Part shown: in pieces, positions 50,822 through 64,000 of the stretch
How positions within the stretch are numbered: position 1 is the stretch's first letter
Layout: each line of letters starts with the position of its first letter
Origin: Tubulanus polymorphus
Taxonomy: Eukaryota; Animalia; Nemertea
Direction: 5' to 3'
DNA length: 64,000 bases
NCBI RefSeq assembly: GCF_964204645.1
Contig: NC_134026.1
Location: forward strand, 8,579,950 to 8,643,949
Made by a program: the position numbers and the translations under genes
The notes under the pieces: generated by a model
Told to the model about the DNA's origin: nothing
Seen by the model: only the letters and a program-made list of their open reading frames with translations
Databases searched by the model: none

Positions 50822-53800
50822 ATGGAAACGACGAACCCAGTTTCGGCGGAAGTATTTGAAGCCATCCGCGATATCGACATTACTAAACTATTGACGATAC
50901 CTAACGCCGCATTGCGTCCGATTCTGCCGTGTTTATCTCGAATGTCGCTATGTCAACCGGTGGACAGTCACTGCTCGAGATGGGTCAACGAGAAGAAGCG
51001 CATTTTGCAAATTTTGTCCGGAATCGAGGTCGTCAATGGCCTCATCAGTTTGCTGTCGATTGATTTTCATATGGTTGAACAAGATGCTCGCAAAGAACAA
51101 CAATTAAGGTTAGTTTTATAGAGTTTTGATGGTTTAGTGAATGAATGAGTTTGCCATCAAAGGAAGCTTGATGAAGTACCAAGCCTGCCTGGGAAGACAC
51201 AGCTCAAACCTCCTAGAACAGCTGAGAGCTGACATGAGTAGCCACAACCGAGGTCGGCTGATGATGCCACCTGTCTTCCCCGAGAAGACCGCACTCCCTG
51301 GTCACTGTTGGACTGATTGCTCCCTAGGATGCACCAGCTACTGAGGAGACGGAACCGATACATTAGATTTAAATTTCATTCTCAGGGTTAGATATAAGAA
51401 AATTAACTTATTTCTTATCTGTCAAACTCGGAATTATTTGAAACTGTATAGTTTCTACTCTGTCCTGAAAAAAATGAAGTTATCGCATATGAAGTAGATA
51501 AGACGATATATTTTTGTATGATTATATTTAATTGATATCTTGCGACTAAATTTGCATCTAAAATTGTATTTTTAGAGCGAAGCTCGGTGGGAATATGACG
51601 GATAGCATGCTCATATCAAACCTACAAAACGGGATCGCAATTGAATATGAACGAAGCGATGCCACACGAAAACTACGTCTGCTTCTTAGTGAAATTCTGT
51701 TTGTATTGGGTCAGGTACGTTAAATCTTGAAATGTGATTTTGGAGATAAAGTAGCCACTTATTTTTACCGATGCTGTCGTCAATACCGCTAGGGTAATTT
51801 TCCACTGTTGTTAATAAATGCGCTCATTTGCCGCCACCAGTGAATGGATATCACGTACATTACTTACCGGTAGTACTCATCAAATTGCCTTACCAGTGTA
51901 ACAAGACGCATATATTTGAATATAATCTAAGGTCTTTTATTCCTTAAGCAATGGAAGTTGTACAAAATATAAAGGAAAAAACACTTACTGGTTGTGTACC
52001 GATACTGCTTTATCAGTCTTGGATTGAAGATAAGAATATGTAATGAGAAATAATAAAAAAAGATTTTCAAATATGCTCTGAAGATGGGTGGAAGGATTCC
52101 ATCCGAAACTTAACGATACAGCGCCGTAGCTACCGGTGCGGTTTGTTCGACATATGTCGGACCAATAATTACCAAGGTGGTTCTTCTGTGCAGGTCTGAA
52201 AACTCCTCGGAATGCACCAAATTACATAGGCCTAGTCAATTTTCAAAAGTTTCTGCTGATCGAAACAGTGGCTACTGCCCCCCTCTCGCACTCTTCCCCC
52301 AGTTCCACGCTCCGGACCCTTAGTGCACAGCGCTTAGGCAATGATTAATTTATATTATATGTCTGACCAATAATTATTTGGTTGCTACTCCCCTGCGATA
52401 AAACAATATCTGAAATATCTGAATGGTTGTTTAGATTTATATTTTTGTGGGTTTCTCTCAATCAACCTTTATTCATTTAAATTTGACCTTGAAACTGACT
52501 GCATTTCGCAACATAATGATGATCTTCCTTTCTTTATACTTCAGATTCGTGAACCGAGAACTGACTTCTACCAGAAAAGGTCGGATCTTTTTGAGAGCCA
52601 AGTCTACCTGGAAGAGATATCCGATGTCCTGTGCATTGCTCAGGCTGGTAAGTAAATGTCAAAAAAGCTGCAGTAAACTGAGCATTTGTCAATAATTAAG
52701 ATCTGGACTTCAAATCATAGATATATTTATGCATTCTGTATATTTTCAGAGTTACCGTCTTTGCTTCCGATGCCTGATTTGGCCGAGGCATTACTCCACA
52801 TCAAATATGGACCTTGGTTGATGTGTCGGCTGGTGGCTAATGTTCCTGATAGTTTTATGGAAGGTAGTAGTACGCAAATGCCGGAATATTTTGTCAGAAT
52901 ATATGTGAAAGTGAAATTCTTAATTCTGAGATATTGCTCACATGCTCGTTTTCAATCTTTCAATTATACTTCGCGTAAACTACTACCGGGTATTCTGTAT
53001 TCGATGGACCAGTAGTTTTAACCAGCCCCGAATAAGTAAGGCGAAATTAGCAAGGCAAAATTAGCTGCTCGATCATTATTAGATTTCTTTCTTTTATATC
53101 ACAGTTTGCGGGAGTTTAGTCTTAAATGGAGAGAAACACGACGAGGATTCGATCGGAGGTCGTAAAAGAACGGCTGCATTACAGATGCTCTGCCAGATGA
53201 ACGTTTCACAAATTCTGAAAGTCCGATCATTATGCGTAAGTATGAGATATAAGACTTTCAATTACATTTTAGTATATCGTTATGGCACTGAGTAAAGCCT
53301 TGTCTACTGCTTAGTCAACCTTGAGTTCGATAGTATGCACCAAGGGGTCAGTTTCCACCCAATCGACTGTTCATAATTCAATTGGAGATAAGACCCACCA
53401 TTCTGATAAGAATAGAGTAGTGAAAATGGCTCGTGGTATTATTGGCCTATCACTGAGCATTGTTCTCCAAAACAGGTGTTAGAGGGCTGGCCACCCCTTA
53501 TAATATATCTGCTGCCCCTTTCTAGAGTGTATGTCAATATTCTATCAATGCTGATAATTGCTTTAAGATATATGGAGCTTATGTGAAGAAATAGAAGGAA
53601 ATTAAGTTTAATTTTCTTTTTCGGGGGAATGAAAGCCTTGCTACTTTAGCAGCCACAATGTCATATACTGAACAATAAACATGTCATGAATGCAGGCCCT
53701 TTGAAGTTCCTGCATATACATAACACTGCACTACTCTCATTGTTTTTCTCCATGCGTGAGGGTTTTGGTCAATACTGTTTTTAAGGAGTGCTGCTTCACC

Positions 53801-56800
53801 AATGATTTACCACGAACAATTTCTCAATATACACCAAAATTTGTATTCGTAGGTTGAGCATTGTAGACTTCCACGTTTGGCTGTTCTTTTGACGCTTCAA
53901 CACTGCGAACACGCGAGTCAAGTTCATGGCGATAAAGAGCTCTGTTCGTTTGTGAGTGGACTTCTACTGGGAAGCGATCAAGCTGTACGCAACTGGTTTG
54001 CTCAGTTCGTGAGAAATGGACAAAAAGTAAGCTACTGAATATTTTAAGCCATGTTAACCCTAACCTTAATCACTGAACCTGTGTGAGATATGTGTATTCA
54101 AGAGCTAAATTACGTTTTTAGTCTAATTACAAATTTCATAGCGGCATAGTAAGAATAGTTTAATTTTGATAGGGCCTTATTTATTATGTTTCCTTGATGA
54201 AAATAGCTAGAAATATTTCTTCTAAATTCTGACTACCATGCGAATGTGACAGAATGCAATGAGCCATGACCTGGTGCTACCAGTCACCCGACCACTCAAA
54301 CCAAGCGGCGAAAGTGTCACCATCTTTCAGAAAAAATCAGATCTTAGTTGTCTGGTATGCCGGTACATAGAGTAAAATGATGTGTGATGACTAGTGCTTA
54401 ACAATACTTATTGACGAGCTGAACTCATCATATGTACATCGTTTGTGAATTTTATGACGAGCCCAGCTCATCATGCGCAGGGAAAGGGTTTGGTCATTGA
54501 AAGATATCAATTTTTGCGATCAGAAGTTGATCCCCGTTTTCTGAGTTTTTACGTAAGTATTTACATGATTCGGTATTTGCAGAAAAAGGAGGGTCAAGCT
54601 ACAACATTACAGTTGCTTCGTGATAAACTGCTCGCAGCGCTGAGAAAACTGATCCCGCATCAAGGAAGCACCATCAATGAGGACAACGTTGTACAAGGAA
54701 GTGCTATTATTCGCTTGTACTGTGCACTGAAAGGAATTGCCAGTCTTCGGTTAGTCAAATAACCTCATGTTCATGTATTTCAGGGTTCCTACAGTCCTTC
54801 GAAAAACCCTCAAATTCCAAAATTCAATTTTGAGGTTACTAAGATTCTGAGTTTGAGTCCTTAGCCCCCTCAAATACCCCTCAAATTCTGAAAAATGTGT
54901 CTTAAAATAACTTTTTGTTCACATATTTCTAACGAACAATTCATTTCAAACAAGGTAAAAATTCCAATTTCAAGTGTTCAAACAATCCTAGATCCAGCAT
55001 TTTAGAAACAGTAACTTGAAGTTTGTAGTTGATCTTAAAAAGCCCCTCGAATTTCGGTGGTTTTATGTCCCTTGAAGCCCCCTCGAATACCCCTCAAATT
55101 TGAAAATTGTGGTTCTGTATGAACCCTGTAATTGTATACCAGTAATTTTCCTAGAAGAATATTCAGTTGCTCTCTAGACACTGTGTAAGAGTTACTAATT
55201 GAGCCTTACTGAATTGAATTACCATGTAATTAATTACAGGATAATTCAATTGATAGTCTTCACTTTGTTGTTCCAATGGCTGGTGAATGTTGGTAGCTCA
55301 AAGTTTCATCTTTTTTTTTCTAGGATAAGTGATGATGAATCGAAGGCTTTATTGCAGTTAGTAACTTGTCATCCACCCGCTACATCAGCTGGCATCAGAT
55401 TTGTCACTCTAGGACTTTGCATGTTGATCGGCTGTCCTTCATTACTAGGGTAAGAATAATATTGAGCAGTTGTCGAAATCACGATTCATCTTGGAACTTG
55501 GACCTTCACTTACTGCATTTAGTACAAGTTACTTTTTAACTGTATCTTATCAGTGCTGATGAAATGTACATTGAGATGGGGTGATGTTGTTTTCATATCT
55601 GAGAAATTCGTATGATTCATCATTTCTTAGGGAGATTCTCTGAAGCCTACTTATGTGAAAAAAAGCTACAATTATTGCGCGGGGGGGGGGGCTCTCAATA
55701 TAAGCAAACCGATAACAACTTAGCAGATTTTTCAATTCGTTTGTGTATTGTTTTCAGAAATACAGATCAAGAACGAACCGCTATAGATTGGATCCGTTGG
55801 CTTTTGCAAGAAGAGGAGAAATTCGAAAAGTACGTTCACCTACAGAAATAACTCGCGATAATTCTAAAACTAAAGGAAATTTTATTTAATCTTGATTCAA
55901 AATTGTCATTTCGAAAAAGCATACTCTGTTTCCAAGTTGCCCAGCAGATCCAGGGCATGTCATGATATTTTCAATGGCACTGCATTTCTAGATCATTGCA
56001 TTTCTACCTTTTTGGATCCATGTCTGAGTCCTGTCACCTTTTTGAAATTAAAAGAAATTCAAACATTTGCTGTTGGTCTTTTGAATCATTTCACATATTC
56101 GTTACTCTACATTTAACGCCTATAAATGACTGTTCTGTATGTAACAGGTACCTCTTTAATTGAGGCAAAATTGATCTATGATTTCAGGGCAACTGGAGAA
56201 CACGCATCATTCGGTGAAATGTTGTTCCTTATCGCCATCCATTTTCACAGCAACCAAACTCTAGCTATTGTCGAGCTTGTCTGTAACACTTTGGGCATGA
56301 AGGTTTGTATATTCTCATCGTATCCTAGATTGCATTTTGTTTTAACCCTTTCAGTGCGTCTACACCGCATTGCAGTGTAAAAATTGGTGATGGATTTTGC
56401 TAGTACACAATGTGGTGTATTGATGTAATTAGTATTTAGTTTTTGTCTCTATTGAAAAATGGCAGCACCTGTCAAATATAGTGAAATATTAGTAACTAAC
56501 AATACACCACACCACGGTGTAGATGCACTATAGCGGTATTCCCGCTCTTCAACACAGGGTGGAATTAATAAAAATTTTCAAATCATCTCCAGCACAATAG
56601 GGTATCAGTTAGTCAGCGCTGAAAGGGTTAAGGAAACCAACCATTGTGCTATATCTGTCTAATTTTGTCTTTATTTAGAGCGCTGTCAAGGCAAATGCCC
56701 TTTCGCGGTTAAAGATTATATTCACCCAAGAAATTTTCTCTGAACAGGTAAGCGATTAGAATTACATTTGATAAATCAGAATTTGAATACCGGTACATAT

Positions 56801-59800
56801 AACTCTCAGCAGTGGACAAGCAATCGTAATATAATCAAAGTCTATTATATAATGCCATTCTTCTTAATGCGACTGCTCTCTTAAGGCCAACATTTTTACC
56901 TGAACAAATTTGCTCATTCTTACCGTACTCAAATTCTATGAAAATACTATTCTTTATAACGACGAATTCGTTATAATGCCATGTTTTTCATTCGTCCCGA
57001 TAGTGGCATTAGAAAGGACTTAAACTGTATGCCAAAAGATTTGTGCACGTGTGGGTTGATGATGCCAACTACCCCGGTGAATTAGAATGCAAACTTTGAC
57101 CAGCATTAGTTATTTGTGTCATATCTCAAGCTCTGGACCCAATTCTGTAGTTTGCGGTTAACTTAAACTGCATTTTTTGTGCTATGCAAATTTTGACCAG
57201 CATTAGTTATTCGTGTCATGTCTCATGCTCTGGACCAAATTTGGTACTTTTTGGTTAAATTTAACACCGCATTTTTTTAACTATGGGACTTTGCTCTGAT
57301 AATCTGTTTGAAATTCAGGTGGTAACGTCTCATGCCGTCAAAGTGGCAACTACACCGAACTTGAGCGCGACGATACCCGGATTTCTACCGATCCACTGCA
57401 TTTATCAGCTACTGAAGAGTCGAGCATTTTCTAAGCACAAAGTTCACATCAAGGTACGTGTCTGTCAGTAGTCATCAGTATTAGACATGATATTCTAATG
57501 ATATAAGATTCCTACATCAAGAATAAAGAGAGATAGATATCATGTCGACATTAATATTCTAATCTAATGTACAGAGAAGTTTATTTCATTTTTCATATGA
57601 TTTTACTGTAGTATGTTTATCTCAGATCTCACAACACCAATAAATTCTGATGTGATAAGCAATTTCCAGAGCGGGAATGGGTCATCTTCACATGAATATC
57701 AATAAGAACATCTTAAATGCTTTGGAGGATGAGTTTTACTCGTGGTACACTTGGTTAACCTCTGTCCAATTATTCGCCATTTTCGCTACAATAATCTAAA
57801 GTCAATATTGTCTCTAATATCCCTGATTCGATTAACTGTTATATTTCGATTGACTTACTTCATCATTCCTTAGTTTTTCTCATGGCAAATCAATTAAGGA
57901 GTTAATCCTTCTTGTAAAACTGGGCCCAGTACCAGTACATAACACACTTCATCAACTCAAATTTCATTCCTTTGGTAGATATGGGACTATTGCATAATCT
58001 GTCTACATGGAAAGGAAATTTAGATCCTTTAGCCAAATGTTGCATACAACTTATGACCGATCTTATGATTTGAAATCATTCTTGAACATACATATCTTGG
58101 ACCTGTTATTAACCCAGTCCTAAATGGTTAACAATTTGTACTATCCAAACTATCCAAAAAATAAGTGCCCCTAGTCGATGATATGGCAGATAATCGAAGA
58201 TATGCTGTATATCTCAGTAATTTTCGTAATTTAACGTACAGGACTGGATTTATAAACAAATCTGTCAGACGACGACGCCCCTCCATCCTCTGCTACCTCC
58301 TCTGATCGAAGTCTACATCAATACCGTCTTGTTGCCGAGTTCAAAAACGAGTCAAACCAACGATCCGTTCACCGACGAGGAGGTACAAGAAGCGTTCAAA
58401 GGATCGGTGCTATACATCAGTAACACGTCTGCGGAACCAATGGAAACGGATGATTCAGTTCAGTACAGTTTTACGTGTCAGTTGTTGTTGTTGTACTATC
58501 TACTGCTGTACGAAGATTGTCGTTTGTCGAATATGAAAACGATCGGTAAGTTCGATACTGTATCGTTAATAAGTATGTTATCCTAAAGATTTTCAGGAAA
58601 AATATTGAAGAGGTAGTTGAAACTAATCGCAGACCACTCCCAAGATCAGACATGTTCTATTTCTTACCATAATGCGATTAGAATTGAATGGATCTTATGT
58701 GACCTGAGTATACTTACGACCGATCGTAAGATCATAGCCAAAAACAGGGATGTGCACGTCACATTACCTAAGTGTTCGGTTCAAAATTATTGGATCTCAG
58801 GTGACCTGAGTGTAGCTAAGATCTGACTAAAGATTTTTGGGCAAATCGGTGACTTGTGTTCGTTGCACTGAATTGCAGATGATCAGATTGGATCTTAGTG
58901 CAACCTGAGTTAAGCGTAATAGTTACATACCCTGTTATATTGTAATTATTATATAAGTGGTACAGGGAACATTCGATGACAAATGAATTACCAGATTAAA
59001 GGCGTGACTGGTAGTGTCTATCCTTCTGGTAATAATTATGCTATAGATATTCTTGTAATAGTTGCATACCACAGTTGTAGTCTCTATCTGAATTCATACC
59101 ACGGCGTCTATTTACAGTGGCATCCAATCGTAAAGTGAAGTCTTATTCGCAACGACTAATGAGTCAGATTCCAATCAAATATCTAGTACAACAAGCGCAG
59201 AAACGCCAGCATCAGTACGCTAGTCTCTTCTCACCACTAATCAGGTCAGTACATCTTGTAGCATCCATTCCATATGATTCTACTAAAGAACTGGGCTTCA
59301 TGCATGTACATGTACTAAACTGATGCCTTTACCCTTTACCTCTTATTTGATGGATGAAGTTTGAATGATCAGATTGTGGAAGGGGGTCAGGTACAGACAG
59401 CAGATTGACAGCTGAATTATTGCTTGAAATTCCAAATGATAGTACAATGTAATGTCTTTCAAACTGATAGTGCTCGCTCAAGAATGTGCCTCTGTACCTA
59501 AGTTTTCAGAATGATCAGCTTCTTGATTCTCGATATCATCAGCTCTGTTGTTTATTTATAAAAAAATGTGTGCATTCAATATCTGAATTGGAATTCTGAG
59601 GATTTAAACATCAACGTATCGACATTTTAATCCATCTCGCTTTTGTAAACAGATTGCTGTCGACGCATTACCCGCATTTGTGTCTCGTCGAAGACTGGCT
59701 CGACGAAGAAGTAAAAAAAGATCTGTGCGTCCTACACGGAGCCGATCTCGATACCATGGAATGTACGCTAGATTCGCTGAATGAAGCTTTCATGTGCGTC

Positions 59801-62800
59801 ACTGATTGTCCAATTAAAATCCTTCTGCTGCTGAAGAAGCTTCTCGGAATGGCTATTTCCGATATGGTACCTTACGCCGAAGTCATCACGAATAATTTAT
59901 TGAAGTTATTGGAACCGGATGTCCCCCGAAGAGTTCTTGATTTGGTGTGCAAAGTTTGGATACGTCTCAATACGGTGATGCCACGAAGGTAAATTTAGCA
60001 GTACAAGCCGATGTAGATCAAGGCCTTTGATTTGAGTTGGTATCTTATTCAGAAATTTCATTTACTCGGAAATCTGGGTTTAGTCATAGAAATTTGTATT
60101 AAAAAAAAAAACTTAAAAATCAGGGACAAATTCAGGGAAATTTGTTGACACAATGAGATCGCACATGAAATCAAACAGCTTCCATATATGTTTTGTATAT
60201 TTTCGCACTTGCTTGGATTCCAAACAGGTAAATTCAGGGTAAACAACTTAGATTTCAGGAAATAAAAGTAGCCACCCGGCTAATATACTCACTTGTCGTT
60301 AAAACCTTCACTATTGCATGCAATATATGAATAAAATTGATGACAATTTGAAAACATGCTCAAAACAAATGATCATTACTTCACATCGTTTCCCTCAACG
60401 TTTATCTGCTTTATTAACCCGACGTTCGACTTGTATCTCCGCAGAATTTATTTATTCAGGCAATCTAAAATATAAAATACACAACGTTTCGATCTCACAC
60501 TAGAGATCATCGTCAGGTGTGAGATCATCGTCTTATCTTACGTATCCTGAATTTCTGTTGATATGTTATTTCAGACTGTGGATGATGACCGTGAATTCAC
60601 TGAGAACCCCGTCCAAAGGGGTAGTTCCCAACTTGCCGTATAGTCAAGATGATATAACGGTCGATCCGTTGATTGTGCTACGATGTGACATCAGAGTTTT
60701 CAGGTCAGTTCTAGTTCTGCCGCTTGTTCTTTTAAGTGATTTTTATCCATTAATCACTTCATATGTACATAGCGTCCGATATCCAGAATGTACTGTACTG
60801 TCACTAAAATAAATGAATATAATAAGATAAATATAATAGGCTCAATAGTAAGAATGCTGATATACTATGGTCGAACCTTGTTGATACAATCTGGCTCGAT
60901 ATGAAAATCCCAACTCACTGACAAAAAAGTCGTAATCTGCAAATAATACTCGACTTACAGGGGTTAAGCAGTAACAGATATCATTATTTTGCACCATAAT
61001 TTGTTGAATTAAATTTAGTTAAAAGATTACAATGATTTCAATGTTGCCCACGCAATTTGTACCATTGAGGTGTAACTGCATTTACAGTACATATTTTCAC
61101 GTATCGAATCATTTTTAGATGCCCGCCACTATTGGACGTAACGTTGAGGCTACTGACGGCATACTTGAACGCATCGCGTGCGTACCATACATCTCATATA
61201 CAGTCTACGCCGACATTGGAACCGAGTGCGAAACAACCGAATGCGACGGCGAATATAGTCGACCGCGATGAGCTAAAAAAAGCATTGCTATCTGCTCAAG
61301 AAAGCGCGGCTATTCAAATACTGCTAGAATCTTGTTTATCGACGCCTAAAGATGAGGTAAAATGTGTGAATTGAAAATGCGTGGATATAATTGCAATGGA
61401 AATCGAAAAGTTCACTCTGAAAGCTATTGTCCCTTAAAAAACGATGTGACATTGTTCCTTTTGTGACAATGATTAAATTGTGTTTTCCAGGAACTAGGTG
61501 GCTCTTTAAATCTTCGTGAGGTTCACTGTCTTATTTGTACTCGTGTTCATCAGATGTTCATTTCTGATCCAAGCTTAGCTAAACTCGTTCATTTCCAGGT
61601 TTGTTATCTTTCCTATTTTTTACCAAAACGTTATTAGCTTTATTTTTCTCCATTCGTTGGCTCCCCGTGATTTTCGCTATTTCAGCAGTGTTAAATTTAA
61701 CAATAAATCATGTAATATGTTATATTTAATCATCTAATGTGTTATATTTGATAATCAATTACCGGTAGGTATTTATTGTCTTTGATAATGATTTCAGGGT
61801 TATCCGAGTGAATTACTTTCTATCACAGTACAAGGAATACCTTCGATGCATATATGTCTCGACTTCATTCCCGAATTATTAAGTCAACCATCGAAAGAAA
61901 AGCAGGTAAGTGATGAAATTTGTCGATGAAATTGTATAAACAGTTTGAATAAGTAACTGAAGTGAATTCTGCTTACTAAATGATGTAATGTAATCGATTA
62001 TATTTTACCACATTGTTGAGATTGATGTAGATGCGTAGAAAATACTAAGGATTTTAGTCGTATGGAGAGCTGATTTTTATACTATGAAAAGCTCTTCAAT
62101 GCACTAGCTCTATCGATTTCATTGCAGATGTTCGCCATTGAATTGACATCATATTTAAGTCTACAATATGCCTTACCAAAATCTCTCAGCGTCGCTAAGT
62201 TGTGCGTCAATGTTATGGGAACTTTACTCGGAGGTAAGATGCGCGAAACAATTCCTGAAATTCCCAGCCCTGGGCAGCTGTTTCACAGAGATTAGATATT
62301 TAAGTTTTAAACTTTGGACCTGCCTCGGAATTTTGGGTTAGACAGATAAATGATTATTGAATATCCATGGGCAAATAAATGTTTATTGCGCCGACTGAAA
62401 ATCAACCTGTTGTATGATCAGAAAAAGATTATCTTAATAGCTATCATCTAAATGCACATTGAATCTATTGTGAACATGAAAGGGGCTACCAGAGTACTGT
62501 GGAAGATTTTTCATGGATTTTGTAGAGTACATACTGGGTACATATGAAAATGAATTCATGATTTATTTTCTAGTTTTATCCTGTGAAAATCGACCTCGAT
62601 TCTTCTTGCCACTACTGCCGTCATTAGAACGGATATGTCGGGCTTTCCCACCACTGTGCGAGCACGTCGTTCCGTTTCTGACACAGCTAGGAAAAGTATG
62701 CGCCTCAGAAATTGCTGTGACGAGCAATAAGATATTATCAGGTTCGTATTGCAATTGTATTGTAACATTGCTTCCCTATACAATATACAAATAGCGTCAT

Positions 62801-63595
62801 TGAATATTTCATGTTCATATTTGATATCTGGACGCCAGATTTGTGAGTTAGATAATGGACTCTTAAATGATCTCTCTTCGTTTTAAAGTCAATGATTAGA
62901 CTCGACTCGCTGTCAAATTAATAATGTGAAGTGCAATGATTATGTTTTATAGAAATGCGCTTTATAAGTAAATAAATTATTATTATTATTATTATAAATT
63001 ACATAAACATGTCTTTTTCATTTAAAAAAACTCTTGGGATTGAATACCATATACATGTAGTCTGTTTTAATTAAAATGACTCTTGCAACAAATGTATCTC
63101 AGCTGAACTGGATCCTGAATATAAACATTTTACTCACAACTTTCAATAGAAATAATATTACTATTGATATTTTCACGGTATTTCAATATTACAGTTAACC
63201 TCACCTTACTCAACTTTTGTCTAACTTGGACAAAATCGAAATTATTTTCTGATTCCTATCCTTAACTCAGACTTTGCTTACCTCAGACGAATTTCGGTTC
63301 CAGTTAACCGAGTTAGTCGACGTTTACTGTAGTTCGATTTTTGAGAAAATCTTCATGGATGAAGGCTTTCATAATGTCATCGCAACAACTTCTTATTGCA
63401 GGTGCTTTCGATGACGATTTCAAGCCTCAGGAAAAGGCGGCGAATGCCAAGCATAGAAACGAGAAAGATATCGTTCGTAAAGTGAAAGAAATCAAAATCG
63501 AAGTAGAAAAAGTGAAGGATTTGCCACTTTATCATAAACTCTATACAGCTGTGCAGGATACGTACAGCGCCATAGTCGATTCGTCAGCCTTGTGA
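50822..63595 (+). CDS. INTS2: Integrator complex subunit 2, 1149 aa, 22 coding exons
   Basis: join(50822..51108,51576..51714,52545..52647,52750..52863,53105..53235,53853..54026,54583..54749,55324..55449,55758..55829,56188..56302,56679..56747,57319..57453,58242..58545,59118..59244,59653..59988,60575..60703,61119..61356,61491..61598,61798..61905,62128..62233,62574..62741,63402..63595) = 3450 nt, all GT-AG, open throughout. INTS2 motifs: LRPILPCLSRMSL, LLSIDFH..EQDARKEQQLR, SFGEMLFLIAIHFHSNQ, GFLPIHCIYQLLKSRAFSKHKV, DPLIVLRCD.RVFRCPP, HQMFISDPSLAKLVHFQGYPSELL, GIPSMHICLDFIPELL. Confidence 0.96.
56342..56631. mobile_element. piggyBac-like MITE, copy 4, in INTS2 intron 10
   Basis: TTAA-CCCTTTCAGTGC...GCGCTGAAAGGG-TTAA. 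Confidence 0.85.
57094..57280. repeat. Tandem duplication of about 98 bp x 2, in INTS2 intron 11
   Basis: TTTGACCAGCATTAGTTATT.GTGTCAT.TCTCA.GCTCTGGACC occurs twice. Confidence 0.8.
60479..60520 (-). ncRNA. Minimal type I hammerhead ribozyme motif (Penelope-like-element type), antisense in INTS2 intron 15
   Basis: Minus strand ACAC-CUGACGA-U-GAUCUC-UAGUGU-GAGAUC-GAAA-CG-UU-GUGU: intact core, perfect 6-bp stem II, 4-bp stem I and palindromic AACGUU in place of stem III. Expression and activity unknown. Confidence 0.6.
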
Positions 63596-64000
63596 TATCG
63601 GTTATCCCCGTATGAAGTTGTATCTTGTTTGTTATTGACGTGTATACCGGTACGTAGATAGTGCGTACCGGAATGTATTACCTCAAGCCTTTCCACAATA
63701 CAGTCAACCCTTGATATACCGGCCTCGCATATACCACCACCGCCAGGTTTTCTTAATCTGCATCTTTAAACAAATGCATAGTAAAACACCCCCGATATAG
63801 CGCCATACTCGCTGTGCTGCCAAAATCGTTCTGCACCGATGTGGGCTGTAGTAGCTACTAGGTAAACACAGTACTACTTGAATGTCATCGATAGGAAAGA
63901 TTTCATCCTTCAAGGATCGAATAGAATGGAGGACTTCTGTGCAGTCATCCGTCATACGTAATACATGTATAACCGACAAATTTCGATAAACTTGTCTTCA

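Noticed and set aside
63704-63979. 91-aa minus-strand ORF at the window end
   Set aside because: No recognisable motif; likely the INTS2 3'UTR or the 3' end of a neighbouring gene, which cannot be resolved at the window edge.

Overview
This is AT-rich, intron-containing animal genomic DNA, probably a marine invertebrate such as a lophotrochozoan (inference). It is not prokaryotic, and most of the short six-frame ORFs are noise or exon fragments. I reconstructed five spliced protein-coding genes by hand, checking splice sites and frame continuity. (1) RNF185/RNF5-type ERAD RING E3 ligase (+, 5 exons, 200 aa). (2) RABGEF1/Rabex-5 (-, 6 coding exons, 485 aa). (3) An uncharacterised gene of about 150 aa (+) that the ORF track misses; it has a GC-AG intron and a C-terminus resembling DUF1499. 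(4) MED31 (-, 4 exons, 147 aa). (5) INTS2 (+, 22 coding exons, 1149 aa), head-to-head with MED31. Introns and intergenic DNA are dense with short non-autonomous elements: TTAA piggyBac-like MITEs, TA-flanked Tc1/mariner-like MITEs, palindromic MITEs flanked by CWG, and two tRNA-derived SINEs, with several nested insertions. There are also several Penelope-type minimal hammerhead ribozyme motifs, one apparently intact at 60479-60520 (-). No CRISPR array, rRNA, intact tRNA or autonomous transposon ORF was seen.
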